From Octopus sinensis (lineage: Eukaryota), in assembly GCF_006345805.1 (NCBI RefSeq), contig NW_021829059.1, positions 1-7,029 on the forward strand: DNA of 7,029 nt. Direction: 5' to 3'. The position numbers were made by a program, and so were the translations under genes. The notes below the pieces were generated by a model that was not told the DNA's origin, made no database searches, and saw nothing but the letters and a program-made list of their open reading frames with translations. This document shows, in pieces, positions 6,761 to 7,029 of the stretch. Position 1 is the stretch's first letter. Every line of letters starts with the position of its first letter.

Positions 6761-7029
6761 TTCTATTTTTGCTTATGCCTGTACCATTGTAACCGTAATA
6801 GTAGCGTGAAATTGTCTCAGCACACAGACACATTCATAACAACAGAATGGCGGATTTAAAAATTCGCAACTTTCGGGGTTTTTTTCGTTTTTTTGTTCTC
6901 ATGCTAGTTACCCCTAAGGAAATAAAACTAAACTAGACATTTCCAAAACACACTATATATTCTGTGTTGTTTATTATTTCGGGAAAATAAATAAACTGTC
7001 GATATTACAGAGAAATGGAAAATTCGAGC

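Noticed and set aside
6847-6920. ATGGCG start of a short ORF (MADLKIRNFRGFF...)
   Set aside because: It is very short, has no good donor, and shows no homology I can recognise.

Overview
Eukaryotic, AT-rich DNA dominated by microsatellites and retroelements. The SINE families and repeat style look like an octopod cephalopod (Octopus-like) genome; this is recognition from memory, not a database result. No complete protein-coding gene is present, and nearly all ORFs in the supplied track are artefacts of di- and trinucleotide microsatellites. Main contents: (1) the degenerate edge of a 78-bp/156-bp higher-order tandem repeat (1-453); (2) a possible minus-strand coding exon with a hemopexin-like motif (804-989, low confidence); (3) a tRNA-derived CORE-type SINE (1059-1643, -) interrupted by a second tRNA-SINE (1179-1407, -) with a 14-bp target-site duplication; (4) a third, 5'-truncated tRNA-SINE (2405-2650, -); (5) two different R4/Dong-like non-LTR retrotransposon 3' fragments with restriction-like endonuclease (RLE) C-termini, lying tail-to-tail around a (TAA/TTA)n tract (2651-3200 +, 3391-3782 -), neither shown in the ORF track; (6) long compound microsatellites. 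The most unusual detail is an exact 20-nt inverted copy of the satellite edge (356-375) inside the first retrotransposon (2920-2939), where its frame is disrupted. I do not see a supportable novel biological system; the findings concern retroelement and repeat biology.
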